A DNA stretch of 64,000 bases. It comes from Macrostomum lignano (lineage: Eukaryota). Under the pieces are notes generated by a model. The model was not told where the DNA came from. It searched no databases and saw only the letters and a list, made by a program, of their open reading frames with translations. The stretch covers positions 124,001 to 188,000 of the forward strand of contig NIVC01002241.1 in the NCBI GenBank assembly GCA_002269645.1. Reading direction: 5' to 3'. This document shows, in pieces, positions 60,675 to 64,000 of the stretch; position 1 is the first letter of the stretch, and each line of letters starts with the position of its first letter. The translations under genes were made by a program, and so were the position numbers.

Positions 60675-61392
60675 CGCTGCTGCTTTGAGTTGTTTTGCTT
60701 CATGTAAGACAGTGTGCTAAGCTTCAAGTAGATTTAAAACGTGCATACAATACAATATTCATGGACTTGCTGAAAAAAATTGTGAATTTGTTTCGATTTA
60801 AATTGTAATAACTCTTCTTTAATACGCATATTGACAACAATTTGAAAGAATTCAATTACAATGCAATAAATTTCCAATATAATCTATGGTAAAAACAGAA
60901 AATTGTTTTTTTGAGCTAAAACAAACAAGTACAATTTAAATTTTTTCTTCCATGGAATCCTTAATAACTTGATTGTTGACTGTGACAAATAACTTTTCCG
61001 GTGAATTTTTTAAGCAATTTTCCGCCTATGGTAGCACTGTGACGGCTCATTGACAATAGACTATATATTTTACCCATTTTTTACTTTCCATTTCATTTTT
61101 CACGTTTTATTTTATAAAGCTTCACCAGGTAGCAACCTGGAGCTTTACTTATTTGAACCTGGAAAAACCTAGAAAAAACCTGCAAATTGATATTGAATTT
61201 TGCGTGGACACCCTGCATATAACAATATAGTTACTCCTGCTATTTTCCAAAAATCATGTTAATTTTGCTTAGGTTTCTTTAATAGGTAAGTTAAATTTGT
61301 TTGCTAGAGTTAATCAGGAGGGTTGTGTGATGTATATTTGTAACAATGCCTAAAACATTATGTAGCATATTAAAAGTTGTTTTTAAACCATA

Positions 61393-61562
61393 CATGCACA
61401 ACCTTGGGAATCACCTGGCCATTTCTATTGGCAACACACACATGTAAGTTGCTATTGGCTGAGAGCAGTCATGTGACTACTATTCTGTCCAATAGCAACT
61501 TACATGTATGTGTGTTGCCAATAGAAATGGCTGGTTGAATCCCTAGATTGCACCCAAGCATG
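61393..61562. mobile_element. 170-bp CATG-flanked palindromic MITE (same family as 48174)
   Basis: CATG|CACAACCTTGGGA...TCCCTAGATTGCA-CCCAAG|CATG; colinear with the 48174 copy minus its nested insertion. Confidence 0.8.
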
Positions 61563-62649
61563 TTTTAAACTAAGCACAACAAAGTGAATGCATTGAACAA
61601 AGTAAATACAATGATAATTTGTTAACATTTTAGGTATATTTTATGAATTAATAAAAATATTGGTTAAGAATTAAAAAATCTTATTTTATTGGCTTTGTAT
61701 TCTATGACTTATTATGTAGAAACTTATTATTTTTTGCAAGTGTCTGTTTTTTTTTCAAAAAAGCCATTTATATAAAAAATGGTATAGTTTATTACTATTT
61801 CAATGAAAACCAGATAAATATTTTAAAGTTTTTTGACAAAGTATTTTTTCTTTTCTAGCTTATATTTGCTTTTTATCTTGAATAAAATTCTATTTGTCTT
61901 AAGACAAGCACTGATCTTATTGGCATAGGTGCCACACAGAATGATAGACAACTCTATTTTCTTTTTTATCAGTATAATACTGATAAAAGTATAAAGTACT
62001 GATAAAGTATAAATTTTTATATAGTATAATACTGTATAATAGTTCTAATAGTTTACTTGTTTTTATGTTTCTAGAAAACTCTATTTTAAATCTGCATTAA
62101 TAACAATCTTTTATCCTTTGTTTAAATGTTGTGAGCTATAAAATTATTTTTTGTTTGAAATGATAAGAAATCTTATTATAAATAGGAGCCCAGAAGAGGC
62201 CAATAAAAATAAATTGTGATAACTTGTTTCCTTTGTGTTACAGTTCTGCGAGCTAAATAACTTGCTCTGAATATATTTGTTCCTATATTAAATCACTAGA
62301 TTGCAGTATTCAAAGGCCTTACTTATTTTCTAGAGTATTAAGCCCCTCATTAGGAGTATCAAAAACCACTAAAAGCGAGAATTGCCTTAGGGCAGGAAAA
62401 ATGCATAAGGCTATGACCATCTGATCAAGGGAACACCCAAGACTGAGAGAAAACTTATAGGAATAAATAGAGTAAACAGTGCCATTAGACCACTCAGGCC
62501 AAAGAATACAGTACATGTACAGATGCTACCAATAAGATAAGTAGACGCTACCGATATAGAAGTAGATAGAGAAGTAGTCATGCTACCTTTTGATAGGCCT
62601 AGGATTCATTTCAGCATAGGCATGCTATGATCCTGACTAGGGCCTATGG

Positions 62650-63393
62650 TAGTGATGGATTGAAATTATTTTTCAAATCGAAATTGAAATCAAAATTTTT
62701 GGTTCTTTAGAATCAAAATTGAAATTAAAATTGAAATTTTTGAGCTTAACAAATTTTTAATTTTTCACTAATCATGCAAAAAGGTTAATACCTTGCCTTT
62801 GCATGTATGAGCTTACATGTTTTATAAAAAGTATCTTTGATATGTTTAAACCAGAATACTTAAGATTTAACTTCTTTAAAAATATGAAATAGAAAATGCT
62901 GGTGTATTATGTATTATAGACTCGTACATAAAAATATAGTAGAAGTTGTATTATACTATAACACTGTTTAAGCTGAAGATCTAGATACGAGTAGGCCCCC
63001 TAGCCTATGGCTATATCCATTTCATTAAGGCTTTATAAGTCTTTAGCCAATTAAAATCCACGCCGATAGTTCAGCCAGTGGGCTTGTGGAGGTTGAAGTG
63101 GGTGTAGTAAAAGGCCTTGAACAGTATGTGCCCTGCACAATCTTTTCTTGTAGAAAATACAATTCTCACCTCCCCACTGAATCTTTGAACCGCACTTCCT
63201 TTTACTTCCTATAGATTTTCTTACTTGTGTAGCATGATCATCAATGTCTAAATTGTTAAAATATAACCAAAATTTCGAAATGATTTTTGATGAATGGTGT
63301 CAAAATTCGAAATTGAAATTGAAATTATTTTGATGCAAAATTAGTTTTGAAATTCGAATATCAAAATTGAAATTGAATTTTGATCCATCACTG
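62650..63393. mobile_element. Old hAT-like MITE in the V-ATPase c intron
   Basis: Ends TAGTGATGGAT / ATCCATCACTG; subterminal GAAATTGAAAT repeats; flanks GCCTATGG and GCCTAGGC match 6/8. Confidence 0.55.
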
Positions 63394-63710
63394 GCCTAGG
63401 CCTATGGCTTTTAACAACTAGAGTCAAAATTTTCACCAATTTTAAGTGTTTCTACAACTTAAAGTTTTTATGAAACTTATAATACTTACAATTTAGATTA
63501 CAAGTTGTATGTTTGAAAACAAACTAGGCCTAGGTAGGATAGCCTAATCAATGTATGCAAGTCTGAAATATATCTATAAATAAATAAATAAAACTCGTTA
63601 TTTATGTTTCTATTTATAAAATGATTATTAAGTTTACAAGGTTAAGTGTAAAAATACCTAATGATCAAATTATCATGTCTAACATTCGACAATTAAAGAT
63701 TGTGGCTTAC

Positions 63711-63783
63711 CACAGAAAACCATAGCAGCCGAGGCACCCATAACACCAAAGAACGGTGTGTACAAAGGATCGTTGATGGTCAT
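63711..63783 (-). CDS. ATP6V0C: V-ATPase subunit c exon 1 (absent from the ORF track)
   Basis: MTINDPLYTPFFGVMGASAAMVFC, donor G|GTAAGC at 63710. The phase-1 join to 52859 gives a 152-aa protein; intron is 10851 bp. Confidence 0.95.
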
Positions 63784-64000
63784 TTTAGCTTAGCGATCAA
63801 ATTTAATATAAATTGGTAATAAAAGCAAAACCCGTAGGTCTCTTCTGTGCAAACGGACGAGAAAAGTATATTAGAAACTAAGCTTTTTAAAATTTGGATG
63901 CGGACTGCGTGTAAAATTTAGCTGACGAATTCCGTTTTAAAAGTGTGCACAAATCCAACTGCTCGTGTCGTTACAAAAGCGTTACAAAAACATTTAGAAA

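Larger units (their letters stand above)
57441..61041 (+). mobile_element. Chapaev-type (CMC; RAG1-N-terminus-related) DNA transposon nested in the hAT 3' region
   Basis: About 160-bp imperfect TIRs starting CACGGTG / CACAGTG; 4-bp TSD ACGG (57437-57440 and 61042-61045); encloses one transposase frame. Confidence 0.85.
53573..61215 (+). mobile_element. hAT-superfamily DNA transposon with 6-bp TSD, inside the V-ATPase c intron; hosts two nested elements
   Basis: Ends CAGGGTCTCC / GGACACCCTG; CATATA directly flanks both ends (53567-53572 and 61216-61221); subterminal AACCTGGAAA arrays at both ends. Confidence 0.9.

Overview
Eukaryotic (invertebrate) genomic DNA. GC-rich exons, GT-AG introns, dense minisatellites and an animal-type USP gene suggest a free-living flatworm such as Macrostomum, but this is inference only. 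Five host genes can be built by hand with consistent splice phases: (1) an intronless universal stress protein (+, 4869-5423); (2) a 3-exon, 7-knuckle CNBP-like gene (-, 11609-7001); (3) a 5'-incomplete Ig/FN3 single-pass receptor resembling gp130/Domeless (+, 33091-40834); (4) YIPF4 (+, 43396-48762, 244 aa); (5) V-ATPase proteolipid subunit c (-, 63783-52474, 152 aa). The rest is largely transposon-derived: an intact DD34D mariner with 198-bp TIRs, an internally deleted second long-TIR mariner, a decayed Ty3/Gypsy element with mismatched LTRs, a Penelope fragment, tRNA-derived SINE-like elements and many MITEs. The 10.85-kb V-ATPase intron holds a spliced hAT element with a 6-bp TSD, which itself carries an 8-bp-TSD MITE and a complete Chapaev (RAG1-N-terminus-related) element with one end reading CACAGTG. 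Most of the long ORFs at 7-11 kb are tandem-repeat artefacts. Best leads: the cytokine-receptor-like gene, the Chapaev/hAT nest, a frame-preserving CNBP exon flanked by YGCY-rich repeat introns, a Crypton-like MITE family, and directional CpG decay suggesting DNA methylation. No database searches were run.
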